The notes under the pieces were generated by a model. That model was not told the DNA's origin. It did no database searches and was given only the letters and a program-made list of their open reading frames with translations. A stretch of 64,000 nt of DNA, taken from Christensenellales bacterium. GTDB lineage: Bacteria > Bacillota > Clostridia > Christensenellales > CAZKXV01. Made by a program: the position numbers and the translations under genes. The stretch spans positions 225,683 through 289,682 of the forward strand of contig JBMNLD010000003.1 in the NCBI GenBank assembly GCA_050952545.1. The letters run 5' to 3'. This document shows, piece by piece, positions 53,809 to 63,114 of this stretch. The number at the start of each line of letters is the position of its first letter. Within the stretch, counting starts at the first letter, position 1.

Positions 53809-54300
53809 TTACTTATTATACCAGTCGACAATCGTATTTACGGCGTTAATCACAGCCTTGCAGGAATATGTCGCGCCAGTTACATAGAGAATGTCTACGC
53901 CCTCGATAGGCTTTGCGCCGCCGGCAAATTTATCTAATCCCGAGATGTTTTTATCGACAAATTGATTTAAGAAACTATCCTTAAAAGCCTTCTCTCCACG
54001 TCCCTTTTCCGTTATATCGTAACCCGAAACGGCTAAAATTACGCCGTTTTCAATAAGCGCGACGATTTTAACATCACCGTTATAGCCGCCCGTTCCGAGC
54101 GCGGAGACTATAATTCTGTCCTCTTTTACAAATACTTTTAATATCGAGCCGTCATCGGTATCAAAAGGCTCGAAACTCTCTTCGGCATATCCTTCCGGAT
54201 TATCCACAAGTGAGACGATATCCTCAGTATCTTCTTTACATGCGGACAGCGGCAGAGCAATCGTTAATAATAAAATTATTAAGATAATTATCTTTCTCAT
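53809..54300 (-). CDS. FMN-binding-domain lipoprotein (RnfG/NqrC-like, flavinylation motif present)
   Basis: Lipobox 'LSAC'. C-terminal 'GVDILYVTGATYSCKAVINAV' matches the FMN_bind [S/T]GA[S/T] covalent flavinylation motif. Confidence 0.8.
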   Translation of the reverse strand: MRKIIILIILLLTIALPLSACKEDTEDIVSLVDNPEGYAEESFEPFDTDDGSILKVFVKEDRIIVSALGTGGYNGDVKIVALIENGVILAVSGYDITEKGRGEKAFKDSFLNQFVDKNISGLDKFAGGAKPIEGVDILYVTGATYSCKAVINAVNTIVDWYNK

Positions 54301-54899
54301 AATTTCACCTTAGTAAAGGTAAGACTATTCAGGTCAATCAACAACAGTTCGCGCCTGAGCGAGGGGGCGCCGGTCAGCGTTTTCAGCGCTTCCGAGGCTT
54401 CAAGGGCGGCAACCAACGCCGGAACATATGACATAGTCTTAGAAACACTTATTTCGCGGTCTTTATAAATATATTTTAAGGTATAATCCCCCGGCATTAT
54501 TGTAGTAACCTGTCCGAAAGCGCCGTTAATCGCGCCATGCACAAGCGGTATACCGCGATTTGCGGCGTATTCTTCGAGCAGAAGTCTGTCTTTTACATTG
54601 TCAAGGCAATCGACAATTATATCCGCATTGATACCGTCGATGATATCATTAGGGAAAAACTCATTAACGGCGAAAGCGTCAGTCCTCGAGATTTTCTTAA
54701 TTCTTTCAGCGGCTGCTTGCGCCTTAAATTTCCCGAGATTTTCATAGGCGCTATAAAGCTGACGGTCCAGATTACTCTCGTCAAAGACATCGCCGTCCAT
54801 GATTACGAGCTTTGCGATATTCAGTCTCGCGAGGTACTCGACGACATAACCGCCGAGCCCGCCCGCTCCGATAATAATTGCCGTCTTGTCAAGAAGCAT
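54297..54899 (-). CDS. ThiF/MoeB/HesA-family E1-like adenylyltransferase (short, 200 aa)
   Basis: Rossmann 'IIGAGGLGGYVVEYLARLNIAKLVIMDGDVFDESNLDRQ'. No C-terminal CxxC or rhodanese part. Confidence 0.75.
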   Translation of the reverse strand: MLLDKTAIIIGAGGLGGYVVEYLARLNIAKLVIMDGDVFDESNLDRQLYSAYENLGKFKAQAAAERIKKISRTDAFAVNEFFPNDIIDGINADIIVDCLDNVKDRLLLEEYAANRGIPLVHGAINGAFGQVTTIMPGDYTLKYIYKDREISVSKTMSYVPALVAALEASEALKTLTGAPSLRRELLLIDLNSLTFTKVKL

Positions 54900-54900
54900 A

Positions 54901-55149
54901 TCAGCCTCCGCCCGACGGAGACATCATAAGCACCCTGTCACCGTCGTTTAATCTTACTCTGCTCTTGAAAAGCCCCTTTACCGCTTTATCGTTAATGAAA
55001 AAGACCGCGTTAGCAATTTCCTCTTTTTCAAGACAGGAAAACCTCTTGGAAATCTCGTTTATAAGTTCTTTGAGGTTATCAGCTTCAATTAAGATTTCCG
55101 CGGTCTTAAACGCCATTCTGTAATTTCCGAAAAATTCAACCTTAATCAT
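54901..55149 (-). CDS. MoaD/ThiS-family small sulfur-carrier-like protein
   Basis: 82 aa ending '...SPSGGG' (C-terminal Gly-Gly). Overlaps the AOR stop by 8 nt. Confidence 0.65.
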   Translation of the reverse strand: MIKVEFFGNYRMAFKTAEILIEADNLKELINEISKRFSCLEKEEIANAVFFINDKAVKGLFKSRVRLNDGDRVLMMSPSGGG

Positions 55150-57052
55150 TGAATATTTTATCTAGTTTTAATGCCTTTAACTTGGACTTTTTAACCATGC
55201 CCATGCTGTCCCAGCCTCTTATATGGTAATAGGATTTGACCATTTTGTTAATAGGCACTCTGGACTTTTTATCGTCGGGGTCTTGTAATTCTTCCGTGGC
55301 TCTTTTAGGCAAGGTGTCGTCCGCTCTGCTTACGCCGAGCTTGGTGTTGATGAGCCTTTCAAGATTATAGCCTCTCTCTCCTATGGACATAAGCCTGCCG
55401 AAATTTAATTTCATGCCCGTAGCCGCGGATATTGCCAGCGGATGCGGCAGCATAGCGGAGAGGTTTATTTGCAGCAGCCATGGCATTTTGTTGACAAACC
55501 ATACGAACGGCCCCGTATACGGCAACACTTTATTGACAATCCTAGACACTACGGAATTGCGTTTATTAATCAGGAAATACGGGAAGAAAGCGTATGTCGT
55601 GAACAGACAGCTGCCGCCCGCGGATACCGCCTCCATAAGATTCTGAAACATTATTGCCAGATTAGCCTTGCCCGCTCTCGTACGCTGATTTATCGTAAGC
55701 CCTAGGCCCTCCAATACCACCATATAGCCCGCGTTAAGGTGACAGCCGCCCCTGTTGGATGTCGCGTACCCAAGACCCTGTCCGTAAGCGCCTCTCGGCT
55801 CATACGCGGCAAGCTCCATGCCCTTGGCTTGCATCGCGAATTCCTCGCCGCCGTACTTATACGACAACCATCTTGAACCGTTGGCGAGCTCGTCGCCGAT
55901 TCCCTTTCTCAAAGCAATATCTTCAAAGACCTTGCTTATATTATCCGTCTTTCCGAATGAAAGTTCGGACTTTAGCAAGCCCTTTTCGTTTAATTCCATA
56001 GCAAAGGATATTGTACCCGCCGCGGAGATTGTATCTATTCCGAGTTCGTCGAGTTCGTAATTCCACTTGAATATCAATTCGATGTTATTATTCAAGATAT
56101 TCGGGCCGAGAAGTCCGAGCGTCTCGAGTTCGGGGCCTTTTACTTCCTTGTCCCCGACGCGCACTACCCTTGCGCATTGTATCGGGCAGCTTACGCAGCC
56201 TTTATTCCTGATTAAATGATTTTCGGCAAGTTCCTCGCCCGAAACCATTTTGTAATCGTCGAATTTGCCCGCCGAGAAATTTTTGGTCGACAAGAGATTT
56301 CTTTGCTGCATCATAGAGACCAGCCCCGCCGTGCCGAGTTGCGGGAGCTGCTTGCCCGTCAGCGGATGCGTCTGAAGCCTATTAATCCATTTCTTGTTGA
56401 TCTTATCGAGTTTTTCCTTATCGTATGCCACGGGCGCCTTAACGCCGTACGCTACGACGGCTTTTATGTTCTTGCTCCCGAATACTGCACCGACGCCGCC
56501 CCTTCCCGACACTCTCTCCTGCGAGACAAGGCAGGAATAATACACTTTATTTTCGCCAGCGGGGCCTATTACTAGCTTGCCGCTCTTACCTCCCAGAGCC
56601 TCTTGGGCATCTCCTGTCTTCATTCCCCAGAGGTTATCTGCGGATTTGAATTCCACGCCGTCCTCGGTTATTTCGAGATAAATCCTGTCTCTGCTCTTAC
56701 CCGTAATTATAACCGCGTCATAGCCTGCCCGCTTTAAGTGAATTCCGAAATTGCCGCCCGAATTGCTCGAGGTCAGAAGATTGGTAAGCGGCGATATCGT
56801 AGACACATTAAACCTTGAAGAGCTGGGGCAGTTCATGGCGTTAAGCGGCCCCGTGGAAATGACGATGACATTTTGTTCGGACAGAGGGTCAATGGGCCCC
56901 TTGATAAAATCCGAGATGATTTTCGCCGCCATAATTTTGCCGCCGAGGTACAACTGCCTGTAGCGGTCCGAAAAAGGGTATTCCTTTACTTCCTTGGAAG
57001 ATAAGTCGATTAGTATTACTTTACCCGTATAACCTTTATATTTTGTAGCCAT
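55142..57052 (-). CDS. aor: Aldehyde:ferredoxin oxidoreductase (AOR family, tungsto/molybdo-pyranopterin enzyme)
   Basis: 636 aa. N-terminus 'GYTGKVILIDLS'. [4Fe-4S] motif 'GCVSCPIQC' and 'GGCHLNAGY'. Confidence 0.9.
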   Translation of the reverse strand: MATKYKGYTGKVILIDLSSKEVKEYPFSDRYRQLYLGGKIMAAKIISDFIKGPIDPLSEQNVIVISTGPLNAMNCPSSSRFNVSTISPLTNLLTSSNSGGNFGIHLKRAGYDAVIITGKSRDRIYLEITEDGVEFKSADNLWGMKTGDAQEALGGKSGKLVIGPAGENKVYYSCLVSQERVSGRGGVGAVFGSKNIKAVVAYGVKAPVAYDKEKLDKINKKWINRLQTHPLTGKQLPQLGTAGLVSMMQQRNLLSTKNFSAGKFDDYKMVSGEELAENHLIRNKGCVSCPIQCARVVRVGDKEVKGPELETLGLLGPNILNNNIELIFKWNYELDELGIDTISAAGTISFAMELNEKGLLKSELSFGKTDNISKVFEDIALRKGIGDELANGSRWLSYKYGGEEFAMQAKGMELAAYEPRGAYGQGLGYATSNRGGCHLNAGYMVVLEGLGLTINQRTRAGKANLAIMFQNLMEAVSAGGSCLFTTYAFFPYFLINKRNSVVSRIVNKVLPYTGPFVWFVNKMPWLLQINLSAMLPHPLAISAATGMKLNFGRLMSIGERGYNLERLINTKLGVSRADDTLPKRATEELQDPDDKKSRVPINKMVKSYYHIRGWDSMGMVKKSKLKALKLDKIFND

Positions 57053-57062
57053 TTTTTATTCC

Positions 57063-58244
57063 TTAATACGCTTTATTGAGTAGCTCCAGAACATCCTCAT
57101 AAGACATCGGGCGCGGATTTACGACCATTGCGCCGTCGTTCATCGCTTTTTTCGCCACAATGCCGAAATCTTCTTTTTCCGCTCTGGTTTCGCTGATTTT
57201 AATAGGCAGTCCGCTCTTTTTGTTAAGATATTCGAGCAAATCCCTGATTACCTGTATGGATGCTTCCGCTCTGTCTTTTTTCGGAGTAGTCGCGTAAATA
57301 TCCGCGCCGCCGAGAGGCAATAACAATTCGGCGTACAAATCCCGCACCGCGTCGAGATTGTATTCCATACAGTGCGGCAGCAATATGCTCATAGCGTCGC
57401 CGTGCGGCACCTTGCATACGCCGCCTAACGCGTGCCCTATCGCATGTACATTGCCGACCATTGAATTAGAAAACGCTATTCCGGCGAGCAGCGCGCCGTT
57501 AGCGAGCGCAAGCCTGGCTTCCTTATTCGTGCCGTTTTCTACGCCCTCTTTGATATTGCCCATGATGAGCTTAACGGAAGCGAACGCCATAGCGGAGGAG
57601 ACGGGATTGCGCTGAATACAGCTATACGCCTCAATCGCGTGGCAGAGAGCGTCCATTGCCGTGCTCGCAGTAACCTTTGCCGGCATCGTCTCGGTCATTC
57701 TGACATCGATAACGGCAAGGTCGGGGAGCAATTCGGGCGCGACGAATTCCATCTTGATATTCTTGTCCGGATTGGCGATTACCGCAATCTGCGTAGCTTC
57801 GCTGCCGGTGCCGCTCGTAGTGGGCACGGCAATCAGAGGTATATGCCTGCTCTTTTTCAGCGCGTTGACGCCCATGAGATCGGTAATGTCCTCAACCTCC
57901 TGCGAAAGCACCAGCCTTACGCCTTTAGCGGTGTCGATTACGGAGCCGCCTCCGACGGCGATTATGCTGTCGCAACCGTCCGAAATAAATTTCTTCGCGA
58001 TCTCCGAGACAATCCTGACTGAAGAATCCGCGGGGATATCCGTATAAATGCTCGTCAGCTCCACGGCGCCTTTAGGAAAAGCGTTGATGACTTTTCTTAC
58101 GGTACCGATTTCAAGCAGCACCTTATCGGACAAAATCATAGGCTTGAAAGCGCCTCTTTTTTCTAGCTCGAAAGGGATATTTTCAAGCGCTTTAAGCCCC
58201 GAAATGATTTTAGTCGTATTAATAAATTCAAAATATGTAGCCAT
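57063..58244 (-). CDS. Iron-containing alcohol dehydrogenase
   Basis: 393 aa. 'AVGGGSVIDTAKG', 'PTTSGTGSE' and His-rich 'HAIGHALGG...HG'. Confidence 0.9.
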   Translation of the reverse strand: MATYFEFINTTKIISGLKALENIPFELEKRGAFKPMILSDKVLLEIGTVRKVINAFPKGAVELTSIYTDIPADSSVRIVSEIAKKFISDGCDSIIAVGGGSVIDTAKGVRLVLSQEVEDITDLMGVNALKKSRHIPLIAVPTTSGTGSEATQIAVIANPDKNIKMEFVAPELLPDLAVIDVRMTETMPAKVTASTAMDALCHAIEAYSCIQRNPVSSAMAFASVKLIMGNIKEGVENGTNKEARLALANGALLAGIAFSNSMVGNVHAIGHALGGVCKVPHGDAMSILLPHCMEYNLDAVRDLYAELLLPLGGADIYATTPKKDRAEASIQVIRDLLEYLNKKSGLPIKISETRAEKEDFGIVAKKAMNDGAMVVNPRPMSYEDVLELLNKAY

Positions 58245-58253
58245 ATTTTCTCC

Positions 58254-58760
58254 TTATATACCGAAAATCGTCGCAAGATATATGCGAATTACGCTCCTTT
58301 TCCTTGACGGAGCGTAGCCGTTCATCAGATAAGACGCCCAGATTCTGGGAAAAAGATACGCCTCGACGATATTTATTATTCTTACGAAAGCGGCGCCGAG
58401 CGACAGATCGCCGTAAATTATAAAGCGCTGCTCGGCAAAGCAACGGCTGACGCTTTTCTCGGCGCTTAACGCAAGCAGCGCGCTTTCGATATTCTTGAAA
58501 GCAATTTCGATAGATGGTTTTACGGATATTTCTTTCAAAGTTATTATTTCGTCCTGCTCTTTTTTGATAATCAGAGCGGGCCCCGACGGGAGAACGGAGA
58601 GTTTAAGCACGGTGCCTTGCGGCATTTCGTCAAATTCACCCTTTACCCTGTCGTCAAGTCTATAGCACGCTTTTATCGCCCTTGAAAGCAAAGCGAACAT
58701 CGTCGAGCAGATAAGGCGTTTAAGCCTTTTAGCGCGCGGTTTTAATGATTTAGACGCCAT
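58254..58760 (-). CDS. Hypothetical protein (first gene of the ADH-AOR operon)
   Basis: Start moved to the ATG at 58760 (GGAGG RBS); the promoter lies within the ORF-track extension. No confident motif; faint resemblance to SCP2-like lipid-binding proteins. Confidence 0.4.
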   Translation of the reverse strand: MASKSLKPRAKRLKRLICSTMFALLSRAIKACYRLDDRVKGEFDEMPQGTVLKLSVLPSGPALIIKKEQDEIITLKEISVKPSIEIAFKNIESALLALSAEKSVSRCFAEQRFIIYGDLSLGAAFVRIINIVEAYLFPRIWASYLMNGYAPSRKRSVIRIYLATIFGI

Positions 58761-58786
58761 AAAACCTCCAATATTAAGTATATACA

Positions 58787-58816
58787 ATTATAGACTATTA
58801 ACCTTATCAAAGTCAA
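58787..58816 (-). promoter_or_regulatory. Sigma-70-like promoter of the ADH-AOR operon
   Basis: Minus strand TTGACT, 18 nt spacer, TATAAT. Confidence 0.5.
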
Positions 58817-58864
58817 TAGCAAATAGATATGACTATTACGGTATAATATATTATACGCTACGCC

Positions 58865-58894
58865 TTGACTTCAAAAATATATAGAGTTTATAAT
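58865..58894 (+). promoter_or_regulatory. Sigma-70-like promoter of the small divergent ORF
   Basis: TTGACT (58865-58870), 18 nt spacer, TATAAT (58889-58894). Confidence 0.5.
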
Positions 58895-58909
58895 AGCCTG
58901 GAGGCAGAT

Positions 58910-59134
58910 ATGGGTAAATTTAATGAAAACAGCAAATTAAAGGAAATACTCGCGGACAATAGGGCGCTGGTTATAATAGAGAAATACCTCCCCGGAATAC
59001 TCGATAATTCCGGCGTAAAAATGGCTAAATTTCTCAATCCCAGCGTAAAGCAGGCAATGAGGTACAGAGAGCATGTCAATATGAGCGAGGAAACAATGCA
59101 AAAATTTCTAGGTGAATTATTCGCGTTGGATTAA
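58910..59134 (+). CDS. Small hypothetical protein (74 aa)
   Basis: GGAGG RBS before the ATG at 58910. No recognised motif. Confidence 0.4.
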   Translation: MGKFNENSKLKEILADNRALVIIEKYLPGILDNSGVKMAKFLNPSVKQAMRYREHVNMSEETMQKFLGELFALD

Positions 59135-60457
59135 TTAATTGTTTGCTTGGCCTTTAGGGCAGAGTTTAAGGTAGACGGTGAATATGGCGCCGCCTTTAAT
59201 GTTGTCGGACACTTCAATATTAAAGCCGTGCAAATCCAGGATTTTCTTTACGATTGAAAGCCCCAGACCGTTACCCGATGTATTTCTCGACGGGTCGCAT
59301 TTGTAAAACTTTTCGAATATTTTATCTTTTTCTTCGGGATCAATCCCCCTGCCGCTGTCGCTTACGCTGAAAACGGCGAATTCTTCGCTCTTTTTTAACG
59401 AGATATCTATTCTGCCGCCGTCCGGCGTAAATTTTATCGCGTTATCGAGTATGTTGATGACGACCTGGACGATCATATCCTGCTTGGCGAGAATTATGGT
59501 TTTGTCCAACTCGATATTCAATTGGATATTTTTCTTAGACCATTTGCTTTCCAGAATTAAAATACATTGCCTTATCTGCTCGTCAAAACTGAAGCATTGC
59601 AGCTCGCCGAGGTCAATCATCTGATTTAATCCGTTTATCGTTAATATATTGGCGCTCAATGTCGATAATCTCTCTGTCTCGAGAATTATCCTGTCCAGGT
59701 ATTCCTTATGCTCTTTGTTGCCCGTTTCTTCCTTAATCAGTCTCGCGTAACCGTGCACGGTCTGGATAGGCGTCTTGAATTCGTGTGAAATGCTGGAGAC
59801 AAAGTCCTTTCTCATCAATTCCGTCTCGGAGAGTTTTTTGCACATATAATTGAAGTCGTCAATCAATTGTCCTAACGCGTCTTTGTTTTTTCTCTCCTCC
59901 AGACGCACGCCGTAATCGCCCTGAGCGACTTTTCTTGCCGCCGTCGACATCTTGATAACGGGCTTCATGATGGAGCCTATTCCCATAAAAATTATCAGCA
60001 CCGCAACCGAGACCGTAATTATTATCGATATAATTATCGCCATTCTCATCGAGAAAACGCCGCTGCTTTCCGCCGCCTTGATTACGCATATCTCCTGCCC
60101 CGCGTAAAATATCATATAGCCCTCGCCTTTGGTGATAAAAACCTTGCCGTCTTTATTAAGCTGCTCGATGTGGGAATCTTTAATTACGCCTTTATGCGCG
60201 TCCTTCGCCGAGGATAAATCCTGATGGAAATCCAGGCTTATCCTGTCACTCGAAGCGGTGTTAATAATCGTCTCTTTATCGATGTTAAGCTCATAGAGTC
60301 GGATGACGATATCCGAGGACATCGTAAGATAATTTTCGTTATTTATATCGTCAGCGCTGCTCGCGGAAAAAATCAATATCAAAACCATCATCGAATTGCT
60401 GACGAAAAAAATTATCAGAAAGAATATTATGGATTTAACATAAATGGAATTCTTCAT
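59135..60457 (-). CDS. Sensor histidine kinase (2 TM, HAMP, HisKA, HATPase_c)
   Basis: H-box 'SISHEFKTP', N-box 'NILDNAIKF', G-boxes 'DSGRGI' and 'GNGLGLSI'. Confidence 0.85.
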   Translation of the reverse strand: MKNSIYVKSIIFFLIIFFVSNSMMVLILIFSASSADDINNENYLTMSSDIVIRLYELNIDKETIINTASSDRISLDFHQDLSSAKDAHKGVIKDSHIEQLNKDGKVFITKGEGYMIFYAGQEICVIKAAESSGVFSMRMAIIISIIITVSVAVLIIFMGIGSIMKPVIKMSTAARKVAQGDYGVRLEERKNKDALGQLIDDFNYMCKKLSETELMRKDFVSSISHEFKTPIQTVHGYARLIKEETGNKEHKEYLDRIILETERLSTLSANILTINGLNQMIDLGELQCFSFDEQIRQCILILESKWSKKNIQLNIELDKTIILAKQDMIVQVVINILDNAIKFTPDGGRIDISLKKSEEFAVFSVSDSGRGIDPEEKDKIFEKFYKCDPSRNTSGNGLGLSIVKKILDLHGFNIEVSDNIKGGAIFTVYLKLCPKGQANN

Positions 60458-61128
60458 TTATACTTTTCCGCCTTGTACCCAAGACCGCGCACGGTGAGGA
60501 TTTTGAATTCAGTAAGGTGGTCGAATTTATCTCTTAATCTTTTGATATGGACATCGACGGTGCGGTCGTCGACAAAAGCGTCTAACCCCCACACCTCGTC
60601 GAGAAGCTGTTGTCTTGTGAATGTTTTGCCGGGATAACTTAACAGCTTTAAGAGCAGGAAGAATTCTTTTTTCGGCAGGCTGTAAGTCTTATCGGGAGTC
60701 TTGACTTGCACGGATTCTCTGTCTATTACCACGCCGCCGATGACGATTTTGCTGTCCGAGTATATTTTCGCGCGCCTGAGCAGCGCCTGCACTCTTAATC
60801 TCAATTCGTCAAAATTTATGGGCTTGACCATATAGTCGTCCGCGCCGACGCCGAAGCCTTTGCTCTTATCCAGATAGCTTTCTTTGGCGGTGACTAATAT
60901 TATCGGGATATCCTTATCCGTGTCCCTTATGTTCCGTATTAATTCATAACCGTCCATTACGGGCATCATAATATCGGCTACAACGAGGTCGATTCTTACC
61001 GATTTCATAATCTTTAACGCTTCTTCGCCGTTCTCGGCAAAATGATTTCTGTAACCGTCTTTTTTTAAGTGAATATCTATAAGTTTGCGGATATTCTCAT
61101 TATCGTCAACAATTAATATATTAATCAT
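60454..61128 (-). CDS. OmpR-family response regulator
   Basis: 'ILIVDDNENI...DLVVADIMMP' receiver plus winged-helix C-terminus 'VDVHIKRLRDK...TVRGLGYK'. Start moved to the ATG at 61128. Confidence 0.9.
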   Translation of the reverse strand: MINILIVDDNENIRKLIDIHLKKDGYRNHFAENGEEALKIMKSVRIDLVVADIMMPVMDGYELIRNIRDTDKDIPIILVTAKESYLDKSKGFGVGADDYMVKPINFDELRLRVQALLRRAKIYSDSKIVIGGVVIDRESVQVKTPDKTYSLPKKEFFLLLKLLSYPGKTFTRQQLLDEVWGLDAFVDDRTVDVHIKRLRDKFDHLTEFKILTVRGLGYKAEKYK

Positions 61129-61284
61129 ATCGCCCTCTAAATGTAATACTGTAACACCGCTGATAAGTATACCATAATAAATTGCTAAATACAATAATTA
61201 CTCCGACAACTTTTATGTCGGTCGTCCGCTTATAATTAATTGACTTTTATAACTGATTAACAATATAATTTCAGTGAGGTATTT

Positions 61285-61554
61285 ATGAAAGCGATTGTAA
61301 CAGTGAACGGCGTAGACAGAGTGGGCATAATAGCGGCGGTAAGCGCAAAGCTTGCCGGGCTGAATATCAATATTGACGATATCAAGCAGACGACGCTGCA
61401 AGACCAGTTCAATATGATTATGATGGTGGACATCTCTAATTGCGAAATATCCTTTATGGATATCATTAAAGAGCTGAATTTGCTTAGCGAAGAAATCGGC
61501 ATGGATATAAGGATGCGCAGAAAGGATATTTTTGACGCGATGCAGAATATATGA
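61285..61554 (+). CDS. ACT-domain protein (UPF0237-type)
   Basis: 89 aa. '[31 protein letters not shown]'. Overlaps the downstream DUF711 gene by 4 nt. Confidence 0.8.
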   Translation: MKAIVTVNGVDRVGIIAAVSAKLAGLNINIDDIKQTTLQDQFNMIMMVDISNCEISFMDIIKELNLLSEEIGMDIRMRRKDIFDAMQNI

Positions 61555-62903
61555 TAGACGACATTAAAATTACCGAAACGCTGAATATGATATCCTCGGA
61601 GAATCTGGATGTCAGAACTATCACGATGGGCGTATCACTTTTCGATTGCATAAGCTCAAATAAGTCCGAGTGCGCCGATAAAGTTTACGAAAAGGTCGTA
61701 ACTTTCGCCAAAGACCTCGTAAAAATCGGCGAAGATATCGCAAGCGAATACGGTATATCGGTAGTTAACAAAAGAGTTTCCGTAACCCCGGTATCAATGA
61801 TTGCCGCAAGCAGCGGCGGGCACCTTGAAATAGCAAAAGCTCTCGACAAGGCGGCTAATGAAATCGGCATTGATTATATAGGCGGCTATACCGCTCTTGT
61901 CCATAAGAAAATGACTGAGTACGAAAAGCAATTCATACTCTCTATTCCCCAAGCGCTGAGCCAGACCGGTAAATTGTGTTCAAGCGTAAATGTCGCGACG
62001 ACCAGAGCGGGAATAAACATGGACGCCGTAAGCGAAATGGGCAGAGTCATAAAGCGCACCGCATACCTTACCGCGGACAGCGATAGCAGAGGTTGCGCCA
62101 AGCTCGTCGTATTCGCCAATGCCGTTGAGGATAATCCGTTTATGGCGGGCGCGTTTAACGGCACGGGCGAGGGCGACAAGGTCATTAATGTCGGCGTCAG
62201 CGGCCCCGGAGTAATTTATGCGGCGCTGAATAAACTTAAAGGCAGGGATATCACGGAAGTTGCAGAGACAATCAAGAAAACCGCGTTTAAGATAACGCGA
62301 CTGGGTCAGCTTGTCGCCAAAGAAGCGAGCTCAAGACTTAAAGCAAGCTACGGGATAGTGGATTTATCGCTTGCGCCTACTCCCAAAGTCGGCGACAGCG
62401 TCGCTAAAATCCTTGAGGCGATAGGCCTTGAAAGCGTAGGAGCTTGCGGCACTACCGCGGCTCTGGCGTTGCTTAACGATGCCGTAAAGAAAGGCGGTAT
62501 CATGGCAAGCTCGCATGTAGGCGGACTGTCGGGCGCGTTTATTCCCGTATCCGAGGATATCGGAATGATAGAAGCGGTTCAAAGAGGCGCGTTAAATATC
62601 GAAAAGCTGGAAGCGATGACGTCGGTGTGCTCGGTGGGGCTCGATATGATAGCGATTCCGGGAGACACTCCCGAGGAGGTAATATCCGCGATAATAGCGG
62701 ACGAGATAGCGATAGGCGTCATCAATAACAAAACCACCGCCGTAAGAATTATTCCCGTATATAATAAACGCGTCGGCGACAGCGTGGATTACGGCGGACT
62801 GCTCGGAAAGGCGCCGATAATGAAAGTCAGCGCTTACTCTCCGCTCGAATTTATCAAGCGTGGCGGCAGAATTCCCGCGCCCGTTCACAGCAATAGAAAT
62901 TAA
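61551..62903 (+). CDS. PFL-like/DUF711 family protein (UPF0210-type)
   Basis: 450 aa. N-terminus '[24 protein letters not shown]' is typical of UPF0210. It forms the conserved pair with the small ACT protein. Confidence 0.75.
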   Translation: MIDDIKITETLNMISSENLDVRTITMGVSLFDCISSNKSECADKVYEKVVTFAKDLVKIGEDIASEYGISVVNKRVSVTPVSMIAASSGGHLEIAKALDKAANEIGIDYIGGYTALVHKKMTEYEKQFILSIPQALSQTGKLCSSVNVATTRAGINMDAVSEMGRVIKRTAYLTADSDSRGCAKLVVFANAVEDNPFMAGAFNGTGEGDKVINVGVSGPGVIYAALNKLKGRDITEVAETIKKTAFKITRLGQLVAKEASSRLKASYGIVDLSLAPTPKVGDSVAKILEAIGLESVGACGTTAALALLNDAVKKGGIMASSHVGGLSGAFIPVSEDIGMIEAVQRGALNIEKLEAMTSVCSVGLDMIAIPGDTPEEVISAIIADEIAIGVINNKTTAVRIIPVYNKRVGDSVDYGGLLGKAPIMKVSAYSPLEFIKRGGRIPAPVHSNRN

Positions 62904-62918
62904 AGCGGTTTTAAGCCT

Positions 62919-62958
62919 CCCGACCAAACGCAAATGCCGCAAGCGGCATTTGGTCGGA
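62919..62958 (+). terminator. Hairpin after the DUF711 gene (weak terminator)
   Basis: CCGACC...AAATGCC-GCAAGC-GGCATTT-GGTCGG. The U-tract is poor. Confidence 0.35.
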
Positions 62959-63061
62959 CTTTGAGGGGACAATATCAGTCGCTACGCTTTGTGATATTTT
63001 CCCTCTTTTTCTAAAGAAAAATTCACCCCTTTTTTTCTCGTTGCATTGAGCGAGTAAGGAA

Positions 63062-63086
63062 AAAAGTCAGGGAAACCCTGACTTTT
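63062..63086. terminator. Bidirectional intrinsic terminator
   Basis: AAAAGTCAGGG-AAA-CCCTGACTTTT between convergent genes. Confidence 0.7.
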
Positions 63087-63114
63087 CATTTAACCATTGT
63101 GTTATCAATAATTG

